64,000 bases of DNA from Bigelowiella natans CCMP2755 (GCA_000320545.1 ADNK01000503.1:186001-250000); one strand, 5' to 3'; shown: positions 26,410-41,152, numbered from the stretch's first letter. Made by a program: numbers and translations. The notes: generated by a model from the sequence alone, not told the origin.

Positions 26410-27875
26410 ATGGGGTGTGTCTGCTGTTGCTCCAGAACTTCAGACCTCCTGGAAACTCGATTTTCTGTAGATGCCAGTCCAGCTGAGGTACTTTTAACTT
26501 GAATCTGAAAGAGCGATGGTAGATTGATAGGATGATTTGATGGTCTCTTTTTAGGTTGCGGCATACCTGAGAAGACCCAATTCATGGCTGAGAGTTATTT
26601 TCCAGGATGATGGGATGATCCATAATGATATTAAGGGGAAGTTGACACTCAGAAGCAAGTTAGTTTCAGTTGAGATGAGAATCTCGGACAGACAAGCCAA
26701 CTCAATAACAGTGTTATCATCGCGGAGGATCTACCTGAGAAAGAATCTCTTCATTGAGTTATCATATCAGGATGAATGGATATTCAAAGTTGATGGAAAA
26801 AGAAGCGATGTGAATCGTTCCATTACCAGCTTTCAAGTATCATTATCACCGTCATCATCGTCGAAGATTCTCGTCTGTTTGTTGAAGCCGTGGGTGCTAA
26901 TATATCCATGGGCATGGGACTTACAAAAAACATGCAGAAATGAGAATGAAAACTTGCGGCAAGTATTTGCTGAGTCTGACAGTAAGTATGATGATCTCAA
27001 TGATGACGACGACGGGAAGAAGTACATCATTGATCCCTTGAGCAAATGGATGGTCAATATGATCAATCTACTGCATCGTGTCATTATCAAGATCTTCATA
27101 ATGCTGCCTTTTAAATTGTTTTGGGATATATTTGGTGCATCTGCGAGTCGTAATCACCATTTACAACAAACAAATGCTGCTGCTGCTGCTGCTCTCCGAA
27201 GTGGTTCGCTGATTCAACCGACAGACCAAGATGAGAAGAATGCTGCCTCCGTTATTCCTGAGGGTGATAGAAAATCGGTGGGTGATACCGGGCAGATGGA
27301 CAAGAAAAATGCCATGAAGAATGGGGAAAAACAGGAACGTACTCCTACTCCTCGAAAGCATTATCCTTCCCGACCTCCTAGGAAAGTTTATCCAAAAGGG
27401 AGGGGGGGCAAGAGTAACGGAGACAGCGATGATGATGATAGAAGGCAACCGGAGAAGAAGAAAGGGAAGAAGAAGAAGAAGAAGGAGAAGGGTAACGAAC
27501 AGCGGCGAATTCCTAAGCAAAGTCCAACTAAATTCGTTGATTCTATCGACCTGGTACAAGAAACTCTGTGTTGCCTGCTTTGTGCCTGTACATCAACCAC
27601 ATAAAACGACGACGATGATGATGATGATGATTTAGAGTGGTGATGATAATTGGAGAGCGAATGGTAGAGCTTATAAATAAGTCGTTGCTGTCAACCTTAA
27701 AATCGATATATTAGTGGTGGTTTCTTCTTCTTTTTCTTTCTCTTTCTCTTACGTTAAACTATAAGTGCCACTATGATTGATATTGACGTCCTCCTCTCCG
27801 TGTTACATTATCGTTGATACTTGTACTAACTTAGGACACCGCCATAGAGCAAAAGACTACATACCGACAACAACT

Positions 27876-27907
<32 letters not shown>

Positions 27908-28126
27908 AACAAAGAAGCACTCCAAAACGGTCAGATGTTCACTTGGAAGAAGAAAATAGCGGGTCAACAGCAGAAACTACTACTGGTATAGGCGGAAGAT
28001 TGTTGCAGCGCCTTCCAGCAGCAATAAACGAGAATTCTAACGAAGAAGTCATTCATAGGTTGTCATTCGGTGTAGTGGTGGTTTGGTGTGGTGTGATGCG
28101 GCGCGTGATGCTTCAAACTATTGCAT

Positions 28127-28161
<35 letters not shown>

Positions 28162-30521
28162 GTGACTATGATTATGCTAGCATTCAGCATGATATTGCTT
28201 GTTGTGCGCTCTCCTATTTTATCATCATATCGTCGTCTTTGTCTTCATCGTCATCGTATTGTCACCGCCTGGAACAAAATACAACTGATTGCTGCCACCA
28301 CTACGTGTCTATGCGTTGTCGTCATTTTTGTTCTTCTTGTTGTTGTTATCGTTCTTCCTTGTAGGGTACACCAAGAGCGCAAATATGACGAAGAAGATGC
28401 AGAGCAACTGCCTGCTAATTTCAATGTGGATTATGAATCCAATCAAACTCCAACTACAACACGAATCTTCTCCCCCCTAGATGCCGCTGCCAAGCTGCAC
28501 TTTGATAAGTGAGGAGAGCGCATGCTGCCATTGATGATTCATAAATGACGAGAGATTGGAGATGATATCATTTCTTTGCTTCGAGACAATATGTGTGTAT
28601 ATATATTATGATTATTATGTATAAAGATGGTAATGATGATAATGACTACGACGAGAGTCATATCACGAGTGAAATAAGTGTGATTTGAGATTGGTGATGT
28701 GGTTGCGTAATTAACAGTGACAGAAGGAATAGGGAAGTAATCAACATTGAGAACAAAAAGCGTGAGGAAAAATTTCGTGAGGAACTATCTACACTCGACA
28801 AGTATCATGATCTCATATATTATTTTTATTAGTAGTAGTAGAAGTGGTAGCTACAAATAAGGGTGGTAGTGGGTGGGAGGAATATGCGCGGCATATCGAT
28901 TGCGAGTACATGAGTCACAGACACCAGCACCCATCCACACACCAGAGAAATAATGAATGAACAAACGACTGATATCGTACTCATTCATCGTCATTACCAT
29001 TTGTTGTTGTTTTTGTCTCCATACTTACCACCGTTACTACTGCTGGTGACCTTTCTTCACTCTTCTTAATGGCTGTTAAGGGAGGTAGAACGACTAGAAC
29101 AACAAGAAATAGAACTAAAGGAGAGACTACAGAAAGAAAAAGAAAGACAAATGAGAGAAGCTGCTGCAGCTGCTGAAAGAGCAAAATTAGCGGCGGAACG
29201 AAAAAAAGCTGAGGATGAGAAAAAGAAAGAGCATCATAGGAAGGCTTTATCAGGTAGAATTAGTTGTAGTAGCAGTGGTGATGGAGGAGGAGGAGAATAA
29301 TCAGTGATGTCATTATTTGACTGCACTATAGTCTCATTCTGAATACGTCGTTTTGTATTTTAGGTGAGAAGCAGCATCCATTAAAAGGTAGGTAGTCGTG
29401 TTTAATGATGGTGATGATGTGTTACAACTGAAATGATGGGGGAAATTAATAATAATAATAATAATAATAATACTGAGTATTATCTCGTTATTCTCACGAC
29501 TCGTGATTTAAGTCAATTATTTCCGTATTATTACTAATTATCTACAGCTCAAGGTGAAAAATTCTTTAAGGAAGAAAGGAAAGCAGCTTTAGCCCGGTAG
29601 AAGGAGAGACTTTATATCTTTAGATGATAGCAGCAACCAGCATTAACTTGAAACTAGTTGCATTCATAGAAAGAAGAAGAAGAAGAGACAGCCTTAGATG
29701 TAGTATCCAACATAAGGAGTACACTTCTTCCAAAGATCTCTATCATGATCTGCAAAGGACCTTATATGAATACCCCCTGACTTTGCTCATACTGCTACTG
29801 CCACTGCTACCACTATTACCTCAAATGGAGGAGAGATGTTTTATCGATAAATGATTCTTCTTCTCCTTCGATGATATTTTTAGTTATGAAAAATTAAAGA
29901 AAGTTAAGGCAGATTTTGAAAGAAGATACGATAGGTAAGCTCTTTCTTCCTCCTGTAGTATGGTGTCATGTGGATGCAACGCACCTTGTTTTGGCTATTT
30001 AATATATACATCATCACAATCGCTTCTCATACAACGCAAACCGACCTACTCCGCCATAGTACAACTACTGCATTTCTCCCCCCAACTTCTTCTTCTTCTT
30101 CTTCTTCTTCTTTTTCTTCTTCTTCTCTTCCTAATTATCAGCATCATCATCATCATCATCATCATTCTTCTTCTTTTTGTAGAGCCTATTCACCTCACTT
30201 TTTTTCCTCTCCCTCAATACCAACTGCTATCACTGCAATATGATGATAATGATGATGATGATGATGATTACGACGATGACGATGATGACTTACGATAATT
30301 TGATAATAATGATATTAGTAAACAAGAGTTTAAAAGATTCAAGAACGGCTTCAAGCTTGATAATCTATGCGAGACATTGGAAACTTCTGCCGCTATTGCG
30401 GGGAACATTATCAATGTGAGCTGCTTCCTTCAATTACTACTACTACTACTACTACTACTCTACTACTTTTTTTATGATAGTGCTTTGCATACCTGTATGT
30501 GTATCTTTCTCGCTTTGCATG

Positions 30522-30552
<31 letters not shown>

Positions 30553-31020
30553 CGTGTAGTCATATGTCCCTCTCCAGATTATTTTCCTTGTTTGTCCATG
30601 GTGAATCTAATTGAGTGGTTTTGTGGTTTTGTGTGGTTTTGTGTGTGTGTGTGTGTGTGTTCCTTTATTGCTCTCGCAGAATACCATGGTGGGTTTGAAT
30701 AGGGCAGAGTTTTTTGGAGCAGAATTTAAAGATTACATGGCAGCATTACTAGCGTGCAGAGTGGGGCGCTATGTTCGCGACAAAAAACCAAAATGGAGCA
30801 AGTTGTGCTACCTTGCTGTGACCATTGCCCTTGTTACTGAGGAGGTGAACAATTAGAAGAAGTAGAAGAAGAAGAAGACAAATGTAGAAATGGAAAGAAC
30901 AACGACAATAACAATAGCGATAGTGATCATGGATGATGATGATGATGATGATAATCATGGTGCTGCAATATGACGGATATAAACACATAAAAATGACGTT
31001 TACTTACGTACATTCAATCT

Positions 31021-31061
<41 letters not shown>

Positions 31062-31993
31062 TTCTTCTTCTTCTTTTCCAGTCCGGTAAGCCACAGGAAT
31101 TGCAGGGGATGTGCAAACTTTTTAAGGAAGCGATATTCGTGTATCTTGCTAGATATTTCATTTATATCTTGCCCGACTTTAAAGCCGATCCCCTCAAGTA
31201 TGAAGAGAAGGGCGAGGAGAAGACAATGTCAATAGAGGAATTTAAATCCAATACGAAAGAAGACAACGCGGGGTTGATGTTTTATTTTGCATTATTGCAA
31301 GTACACGTTGACTACGACAAGAAGAGTTTTCTCTCGACTGAATTAAGGAAGAAACGTTTGACATGGAACGTCACTAAACTAGGTAATAAACATATGCTAT
31401 TATCAGTACAAGTATTAGTATTAGTATTAGTATTAGTATTAGTAGCTGACACACTTTGTTCATCATGACCTTTCTCCTCATTACTACCTTTTCAGAGCCT
31501 CTCTTCGGTGGCACGGAGGGCCTATGGCGTTGGATAGCGTATTTGGCAAACCATCTCTCCTCAAATGAGAGACCCCATGCCGCTGCCACTTCGTGTTTAT
31601 ACCTTTTTATGAAGTACTGTAAGAGGTCTGCTGCTGGAAAGTTTGGTCATCAGGTTGTGCGGTGGTAGTATAGAGGCGTAGTTGTAGGATAGAGAGTTAT
31701 CATCAGGTTGTGCGGTGTTATGCGTGCGTGTGTGTGTGTGTGTGTGTGCGTGAGTGTGTGTGAGTGTTTAAATCAAGATATGTTTATTTCTTTTAAATGA
31801 TTTTTAGTGGGCAAAGATAGAGAGATTGTTATGCTCCCCTCAAGTACACCAAAAGATAGAGGATTGTCGTGAGGAAAGCATATTACCTTTTATCAAAGGC
31901 CAGAAAATATTTGAGGAAGGAACTAATGTACTAATATCGGGTGATTGGCTGAAACAATTCAAAGCCGAAACTAAAGAATCGACCAAGACATAA
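26410..31993 (+). CDS. GLE1: Gle1-like mRNA export factor with an N-terminal acylation signal, SRPBCC-like segment and coiled coil
   Basis: C-terminal exons give YILP...AGLMFYFALLQ, LFGGTEGLWRWIAYLAN and AATSCLYLFMKYCKRSAAGKFGHQWAKI, matching the Gle1 core pattern as recalled. E/K-rich coiled coil at 29081-29252. The frame is continuous from MGCVCCCS at 26410 using GT-AG introns. Confidence 0.65.
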
Positions 31994-32159
31994 TTATCCA
32001 TAACGCAACTGACGAGTTTATGTCCGAGCGCATACTTGTTGCATTGCCACATATGACTACGTCTAAACGTTACATCTATTATCATGCAGACGTTATAGCT
32101 ATTAACATGCAATTGTTACACATCGCCGCCAACATGTGCGTGCTGTTGTAATTTATATG

Positions 32160-32670
32160 TGCATATAAATATGTGAGACTGATGTAATCAATCAAATTAA
32201 ATTTGTTCAATGGTCATCCTCATATTGCAGATTGCTAGATTGCTGTGCAATTCAGCCGCTACAGCGCTAATGTTGAATCTGGTGGTCTCCGCTACGATGT
32301 GTGTTTCATGCAACCAAATGTTTCGGTCTTGAATGTCGCGTATTTCGCACAGCATTTCCTTCTCATTGAAAGTTAATCAATGTGTATGTACATCTAGATG
32401 TGTATGAGACGGATGCAATATGAAGTGATTAAATCTTTTCAATGGTCATCGCATAATAATGTAGCTATCTAGCTATGCAAAGCAGCGACTTATACATCTA
32501 GATATATAGGCACGTGCTAGCTAGCTAGCATATCTAGATGCTAGGATGTCTAAATGTGCACAATGGAACGCACATTAGCTGAGACTACCACTCACAATTC
32601 AAGCGCTGCTAGGCTGTAGCCGCTGCATTGCACAGCTATAGCTACATTAGAAGTACTATTGAAAGAACAT
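32160..32670. repeat. Cluster of three degenerate copies of the dispersed repeat (two minus-strand, one plus-strand partial); MITE-like relic
   Basis: AATGGTCATC cores at about 32209 and 32441, and an inverted CTGTAGCCGCTG at about 32614. Homologous to 7355-7445. Confidence 0.65.
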
Positions 32671-33055
32671 GATTCATTCATGCTAGCATGCCACTCGCCG
32701 TTCCATGTCATGTACGGATGAGCTATTAGCTAGCAGGTAGGTCTAGAGGAAGATCTAGAGTATGTATTAGCTGTCTACATTGCACCCAGTGCATGTCTGG
32801 ATGCATCTAGCTAGCTAGCCTAGTGCGTGCTGATCGTGGTCACATGTGCGACATGCAGGTCTAGAGGTGTGCACAGTCTGTACATCTCCCTCATGCATAG
32901 ATTAGATGACTGCGAATAGTTGAGAAACAAGATTGATTCTGCTTTGTTATCAAAACCTTTTGAACAGTTTGTTGAGAACACGTGATGAACCTTTGATTCT
33001 AAATTATCATTATTTGATCACATCATCATAGGTATATTTTTATCAATTGAACCAA

Positions 33056-35933
33056 TCATGATTCATTCACTGGAAAAAAGCTTTCTGGAGATCCCACGCG
33101 TTCTTCGTCGTTGTCACTTGTATGATGATGATGATGATGATAATTATGATGTGTCATTTCTCCCTTTTCTTTATCCCCATCCCCGAGTTTATTTCCTCTG
33201 CTATTTTGATCGAGTAAATTTATTGTAGTCGATGACTGAGAAAATTCTAATGAACCCCTTTCTTCCATTTGTTGCAGCAATGACGAGGAGTGAAACAAAT
33301 CTGACGATGAGGAAAAATGTTGTGATGTTCCTCCTTTCTTCGATCGATCATCATCCATGAAACTACGATGTTGTTGATGATCACGGGGGGCTACAAAGCT
33401 TGATGACAATGTTGTTGCCGATGTGACACCAGCCATTATCTCATTTTCACTATGTTGTTGTTGTTGTCGCTCTTCCTTAGATTCTTTTTCAATTGCTACT
33501 GCAGCTGCTGCTGCTAGTCTTTGTTGGGTAGTGGAAGAGGAAGCTGTAGGCATCATCTGTGAGTTTACCAGAGATGATTCATACGAGGAAGAAAATGATG
33601 AAGAAGGAGGAGGAGGAGAAATAGCTTGAAAGCTTTCGAGAAGACGGCGGGTCTTAGATGCAATGGAAGAGATCTCATCCCCTGATGTGTCAGCTGATGT
33701 GTCTCGAGAGGAGGAGGACAATAAAGTAGTAGCGCCTTGTTTCTTGTGCTGTCTTCTTCTGCTCTTTGTAGAAGAGGAGGAAGAGAGAGCACTGGTACCA
33801 GTAGAGAATGAAGATGATGCTGAGGACGGAGTGGCGTGACTGTTGCTGCTGCTCTTTTTACGGCGTCCTCGTCGAGAAAACTTGGTCCTATCAACGACGT
33901 GCGTCTCCATGTGCTCCTGAGAATGTTGTTTGTTGTCGATGATGATGATGATGATGATGATGAGGATTGTAAATAGCCTTCGACTGCAACTACAGCATGT
34001 TCTCAGAAGATAGACTGTTTATGTAATCAGGTTGATGTAGTTGACAGTATAATACGTCGCTACTATCACATGATCAAATATGACAAATACGACGACGACT
34101 ACGACGACGATCACTACGGCAGTGGGGATGGTGATGATAGAGGATTGTTGAACATCATCATCATCATCATCACCCTCATTTATAGAATATTAGTTACTTA
34201 CCGATAGGACATCTTTGGAATTAAATCTCATCTGACAATGTTGGCATCCGAAGCACCCGATAGCGTAGTGTTTCTACACAGAAAAAAGTCAGTGGTGGTA
34301 ATAATAACAGAGAATAATACTATTATGTGCTCGTAGTGGTATTACTCTGAGGCTAGCAGCTCTTGCAAAAGATTTCCTACAGTACTGACAATGGTGTGGT
34401 TGAAGGCCAGGATGCGTTCTTACGTGTGCCTGATTCATAATATATTGATATAGAAGATAGATTATAAATCGATGACCGTGTGGAGGGAATGTTGAAGTAT
34501 TGAGTGGTATTAATGAAGAAGTCGTTTTATGATCTTACCTTCAGATTCTGCTTGAGAGTGAACGACATGTTACAATGGCAGCACTTGTGTGGCTTTTCTC
34601 CATTGCCGTGGAGGGATACGACGTGTTTCTACATACAAAGAAACAGAAAATAATGCTGATCAGATAACCAACCGCTGTCATAACCATGGCATAGCCTGGA
34701 ATGGATAATTACGACACACAGATCATCATCATTATCACCATCATCACATACACAAACACACAAACACAAAACACGCTCGCACGATGCACACAAGAAGCAT
34801 ACAAGAATCGCTTAAAAGGGGGCAGCATCATGATCTTACCTTCAACGTGCTTAGTTGCGTGAAACCCTTGGGACAACGTGTGCATTGATATCTCTTTTCA
34901 GAGTCATGAATACGCTCGTGCTGATCTAGATTGAACTGAGACCTATTATTATTGTTATTATTATTATTGATAATAATAAAAATATGAATATGAGTATTAT
35001 TATTATGTGGACTCCTTATACATTCGCTACTACGGAATATGATGATGACGACAACCACGACGATGATGATAAGGCTGGAAATGCACCAATATTGTTGAGA
35101 AGAAGTAGAATTTCGTCCTCAAGGACCTTCTCCCCTCCCCCTCTCCTCTCCCGCACACACATATTGAGAGAAACAGAGATAAACGCATTAAAAAAATTTA
35201 CTATTCCTAACAACTAGATGATACACGGATCTAAACATCGTCTGAATTACTTTGTAGCAAAATTGCAAGTGGGACAAATGAATTGCATTGGCCTTATCCC
35301 TCCTCCTGCCCCTTTTAGCTGTGATGTTGGGTTCGTGTGATATTGAGGAGGAGGAGGAGGAGGAGGATGGAGATAGTGAGCGGCTCTGGGTATTATTTTA
35401 ATAGATTGATGATGGGATCGTTGCAGTAATAGCTGCTGCTGCTGCCGATCTAGATGAGTTTTCTTTTTCTGCTGATGCTGCTGTTGTTGGACTGCCGCTG
35501 CCTTCGATGGCATAGAGATTCTCTCGGTAGCAGCGATACCACCCGTGTCTGATGTATGTTGCTGCAGCTGTTGTTGTTGTTGTTGTTGTTGTTGCACATT
35601 GTTTTGCGACGCTCTACGCATGGCGTGAGCTGAAAGTGCTGGATCAAAAGAGTCGAAAACTGCTACTGCTGCAGTCGGGAGTTTTGGAAGAAGTGAATGT
35701 TGCATCACCATCATCGAGGGAGGAGGAGGAGGAGGAGAAGAAGAAAGTTTCAACTGCTGCTGCTGCTGCTGCTGCTGTGTAGGATCCCAGGGGGAAGGGG
35801 GCGCAAAGTTGGGATGAAATGCAGCTGGCATAATTTTATCATCATTTGCCATTATGATAGTAGGATGGAGTGAAGATAAACCAGAGGAGGAGGGAATAAC
35901 TTCGTTAATAGGAATGATTGGCGGTGATGACAT
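33056..35933 (-). CDS. C2H2 zinc-finger transcription factor (5 fingers) with poly-Q/P N-terminus and Ser-rich C-terminus
   Basis: CPTC..HERIH, CTRC..HVVSLH, CCHC..HVRTH, CQYC..HYAIGC and CQHC..HMETH across six exons. Alternative ATG at 36026. Confidence 0.85.
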
Positions 35934-37114
35934 AGTAGCAACACGTGGTGATGCTGGAGCTGAGTGCCGTGTAGTTGCTGCGGAAGAGACAAATCGAAGA
36001 CGATGGCGCGAGCCAATATTCCACATTGAAATCACACAGGCAGCAAAGATTGTTGAGGAAAGCCAGGATAGTAGGTACCGGCGTCGCCTCTAAATAAAAT
36101 AGAGACGAGGAGACTCGAATTAGCCTTTCCTCTCATTTGTCAATCTTGTACTCAGGGAAGCAAAAATTTACAAGCTACATTGAGACAAAATAGATTATTG
36201 TAGATATATAAAAACGATGTCCTCGTTTATTTCCTGCCCTACACCGGAAGCAGCTGATAGCTCAAGGGGGGTACTCTCCTCCTCCGAGGTTGTTCTTTCA
36301 CGCGCTCAATTTACGTTCAAAAGTTTAACCACCCTCAAAATGCAAATAAAATACCTTTCCGAGAGAGATCATTATGCTCTGGAAGCGTTGGCCTCCGGTC
36401 AAGGAAGCTAGCGAGGGGGGGGTATTCACCTCCATATTGTTGTTGTTGCTACGGACTTTCAGACTCTAAATGTGACTACCAGAAACAAATTTTGGAAAAC
36501 AGATTTTATAGGAAAATGGCCTACATTTATTCATTTATATGAGGTCATATTTTATTTTTCACATTTTTTCAGCGAAATTTGTGTGGCATAACCTCAGGGG
36601 TAGGGTAGTTCTATGAACAGAGTAGCTGTTGGTGAAGTTGTAAGACATTCTTGCATGCACAATCCAAATCATGTCATAAATAGGAAAAATAACAAGACCT
36701 GTTTACGATTAATTAGCGACACATTTTTGACCAAGTACATTTTTAAGCTCACCAGGGAATTCTCGGTATAGTCATCTTTCGACAGATGTTTTGTGGGTAT
36801 ACAACCCATTTTGGTAGTGAACAATTCGACAATAATGACAACAATGTAGCAGCTCTATGAGAAGCAGACGACTTCGTTATTTTTATATTATTAGATGTTA
36901 AGAAGAAGAATTAGGCTATAAGAATAGGCTGTTCTTGTAAGAGTACGACCTTTTTTAATTAAACAATCCTTCAAATATCTTCCTGCGACTTTGATATCTT
37001 TTTGTCGCTATAAGATATATCTGGTGATCTAGAAGGTACAGTCGAATCAGGTGTGATCATAATGCTAGTTTCCCGTCGTCGTGATCGCATTGCTACTGCT
37101 TGTACTCCTGCTAC

Positions 37115-37150
<36 letters not shown>

Positions 37151-37421
37151 AACATGCAGCAGCAGCAGCAGCAGCAACCACAGGCAACGACTTGCTGCTG
37201 CTGCTCCGTCTGCTGATCTCCTGATCATCTGGAAGTGGTTGTCGAAGAAACGACGAGCCAGACCGAGGGAGGAACTAGATGCGGTAATGCAAGAGCATGG
37301 GAGTCGTCGGAAAACCTTGTGGCTGCATCATGAATTGATAAGATACCCTGTATCTATATCCCATTCAATATTCTAAGCGAATTCACGATGTTTCAGGAGT
37401 TTATTGAAATTGTACTCATTC

Positions 37422-38597
37422 AATGAGCCCCCTCAAGAAAGGCGTTGGGACTCCCCACGTCGATGTAGAAGGCACAAACTACTTCACAACGAAGTATCAC
37501 CATCTACGGAGAGTAATACCGCCACGAAAACTCCAGCACGAAGAGGTTTTTAGCTAGAGAAATAATACACGCGGCATGAGTAATATGAATGCTATGTATG
37601 GATTCAAAGAATGTTACAACATTTTTGCGCTCCCCGCAGCCTTCCCATCCTCCTCCTCGTTCTGCTCTTAGGGCTGGTAGCTTCGGTAGTGCGAAACGGT
37701 ATGCGTGTGGAAAAGACCCTCCGATTCGTAGAAAATGGCGGCGGAGAAACGAACTCGAACAGAACTTATCCTTTAGGTATGAATCAGAAAAGGTACATTA
37801 GACATACTCCTGCGAAAAGAAATAGGAAAACTTCTCTATTCTTGGTCTTGGCACATGAGACAAAAATAGTTCTTGGCAAGCAACAGAATGAATCTGACGA
37901 CAGCTCTGTTCGAGATCGAAAGCGACTTAGACGTAGATCTGGAAAGGAGGCAGGAGAGGCTGCTCCTCCTGTAAAAGGGAAGGAAAAGATAGAAGCTAAA
38001 GAAGAAGGGAGAATGGTTTTCATCTCTGAAGATATCATAGGAGGAGGTAGCAATACTGCCAACCAGAAGAAGAAACAAGGCTGCTGGCCTAGTAATAGAA
38101 GCAACAGTCATATATATCCAACATTACCGGCGATAGCATCCAAATCGTCGCCATCATTGCCAGCTCCTGCCGTCACATCAGACAGCGTCTTGCCTGGACG
38201 AGCTTCTTCTTCTTCTTCTTCTTCTTCATACGCTCCAGTAATGATGAAGAAGGTAACGACGACGAACAAAATAGAACAAGGAAAAGGTTCCAGACGCGTA
38301 CGAATAGACAGAAATATCGATCTTCTTGTGTACAACCCCCCCAATTCCCAGCTGCGTGAGAAAGGAGACCAGCTTTCTTTTGGTCTCCAACCAGTCAAAA
38401 AAGAAGAGAAGGAGGAGGATCAGGAGAGACCAAAGGAAAAAATCGGTAGAAGTGAGTATGATGATGATGATGATGACTCTGCAGTAGCAATTCACACACT
38501 GAATGAAAAGGCAAAAAACATATTACTACAGTTGAATAATGATCTATTAATACCCCTCCACCACTCATAACAAATAGATAACCCTACAACTGATTCG

Positions 38598-38632
<35 letters not shown>

Positions 38633-39153
38633 GCAATATATACTGATCATGCTCTAACCCTAACCCTAATGATACAGCAGCAACTTTTCTAGCAAAAGAC
38701 AATTCTATATCTTATACTACCTCTGGTGGCGGTAGTCGTCACCCTTCAAGTAGTATTGCAGCATCTACGAGAAGTACAAGGGCTAGTCCAGCCTACGATT
38801 CTTCCCCCTCTCTTCTTCTCGCAAGGCTATCTTCTACTTCTTCATTATCATCATTATCATCATCCTCAAAATTATCAGAAGAGACAGGCTGCTTTATGCA
38901 AAGCTCATCCAGCAATCAACGTTTACTTTCGACGACGACGACTACTGAAACCAACAATGGTAGCACCATTGATGGTACTGCTGAAGGTGCTGCTATAAGG
39001 AATACATCGAAAAAGAAGAGTAGCAAGAAGAAAAGGAGGAGGATCATCATTGATAGGTATTAGTAACATCTCAACGACGTGTAGATGAATTATCATCAGT
39101 AGCAATAGAGGGGAAAGGGAAGAATAATAATGAAAACAAGGATCATCTTTCTC

Positions 39154-39203
<50 letters not shown>

Positions 39204-40738
39204 GTATACCAAATGGAGTACTCCAACACATACACACTCCTCACACATTGTATTTATTATATGACATCGAAATAATGGTTATTTCTCGGTGTTTTAAGTA
39301 TCCTTTGTTTCCTTCTTTTGCTGTTCTCTCATTAACGCTGACGACGAAAACACGGCGATGTTTTAAGATCTGTTGGACGTAGTAGCAATAGCAGCAGCAG
39401 TGGTGGTGGTGGTAGAGACAGTAGTAATAATCTAATCAGCGATGACGACGATAGTCCCTTAACAAAATTGAGCATCACACAGAGGAGGGGACAACAACAG
39501 GATGGAAAAAACAATATTGAAGGAGAAAGGGAAGAGGGGAATGATGATGATAATGACGAGTACAATACTACTACTACTACTACTACTACTACTACAGTGA
39601 GTGCTTCTACTACAAGGAGAAGTACTGCTGAGTCCCCTTCTCCTCCTCCTCCTCTTCCTCCTTCTCTTGCTACTTCTTCCACTGTTATTGCCTCTACTAC
39701 TTCTTCTACTACGATCTCTACTGCTACATCGATGAGAAGGAAAAGGACTGCTATTAAGACTTTAAGTAGTAGCAGAAGTAGTAGTAGCAGCAGCAACAGC
39801 AGCAGCATTACTTCTTCTTCTTCTTCTTCTTCTTCCCCCTTCATTCTCACTCGAAAACATGCCTTAGCAGTAGCAATATTACCTTCGTCATCGTCATCGT
39901 CATTGTTGTCAGCAACAGACAAAGAAACAGTTATTGCAGGGGTCGTCGATGTACAAAAACAAGAAAAAGAACAAGAAGAACAAGAAGAAGAAGAAGAAGA
40001 AGAAGAAGAAAAAGCTGTAGCGGCATTTACAAACAAAAGCATTGGAAATAGCAGCAGCAGCCGCCGTATCTGGCAGCAGTCTTTGAAGAAAATGAAGAAA
40101 AGATACAGGGAGGAGGGGGAAGAGGAGAAGGGGGAGGAAAAGGAGGACAATAAGGAGGGGGGGGAGACTGGTAGCAATACAGACAAAAATAAGAAGAAGA
40201 AGAGTATGCAGCATAAAGGCAGTAATTGCTTGAAAGAAAAAAAGGACTTGGAGGTAAAGCAACCATCTTGCACATCTAAGAGTATAAACGACGACGGCAA
40301 GAACAACGTTGATATTGGAGATGCTTTTAAGAAGCAGATTAATAAAGTAGAGCATCATCAACAACCAACAAGTAGCAGCAGCAGTAGTAGCAGTAGTAGT
40401 AGTAATAGTAGCAGTCGTAGCAGTGTGACGAGGGATCTCAAGTTTGGAACTGCATCATCACAGAGGATGAGGAGGAGGAATAGTAGTAGCGTAACCAGCA
40501 CCCAGGGGAGGAGAGGAAGAAGGAAGAGAAGCAGAAAGAAGACTGTTAGTGTATCATCATCAAATTTTCATGATCAGGTGGTTTTATCATTATGTGTTTG
40601 TAGATAGATTTGTAAGTAGTCAATGCTGAAGAAGAGGAAAAAGAGAAGAGTGAGAAATAAAGAAATTTAGGTCTTTATTAGGATCGTTTGCCAACCCCCT
40701 TCCCCCCCTTTTATGAGGTATTATTGTAGCACGTACAT

Positions 40739-40774
<36 letters not shown>

Positions 40775-41107
40775 TATGTGTGTACAAAAGGGAGATGAAG
40801 AAGCGGATCAAGAGAAACCTTTAGTTCTTCAGCTTATACAAACACGTAACGACAGTTATTATGATGATAATATATGTAGCGCTGCATTGATGATGATGAT
40901 GATGATAGTGATGATGATGATGATGATATCTCGCCCATGCATAATCATAGTGATAATGATGACGATGATGATGATGATGATGATGATGATGATAGCTTGT
41001 TGCTACCAGGTCTACCAGCAGGATGGAATCCTCCCCAATACTTAACACCAATGCCAGTAATCCATCCACAAATCTATTATTTTATCTTGAAGTTTATCAT
41101 GAATATA

Positions 41108-41152
<45 letters not shown>

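Noticed and set aside
27554-27604. Cys-rich C-terminus (LCCLLCAC) of ORF 26615-27604 resembling a CYSTM tail
   Set aside because: It lies after a good splice donor whose use keeps the frame into the Gle1 exons, so it is probably intronic.
38654-38669. Possible telomere or chromosome-fusion scar
   Set aside because: Fewer than three units within an intron, compatible with chance or minor repair insertion.
39332-40306. 324-aa minus-strand hydrophobic ORF
   Set aside because: It is the antisense shadow of a low-complexity plus-strand exon of the JmjC gene.
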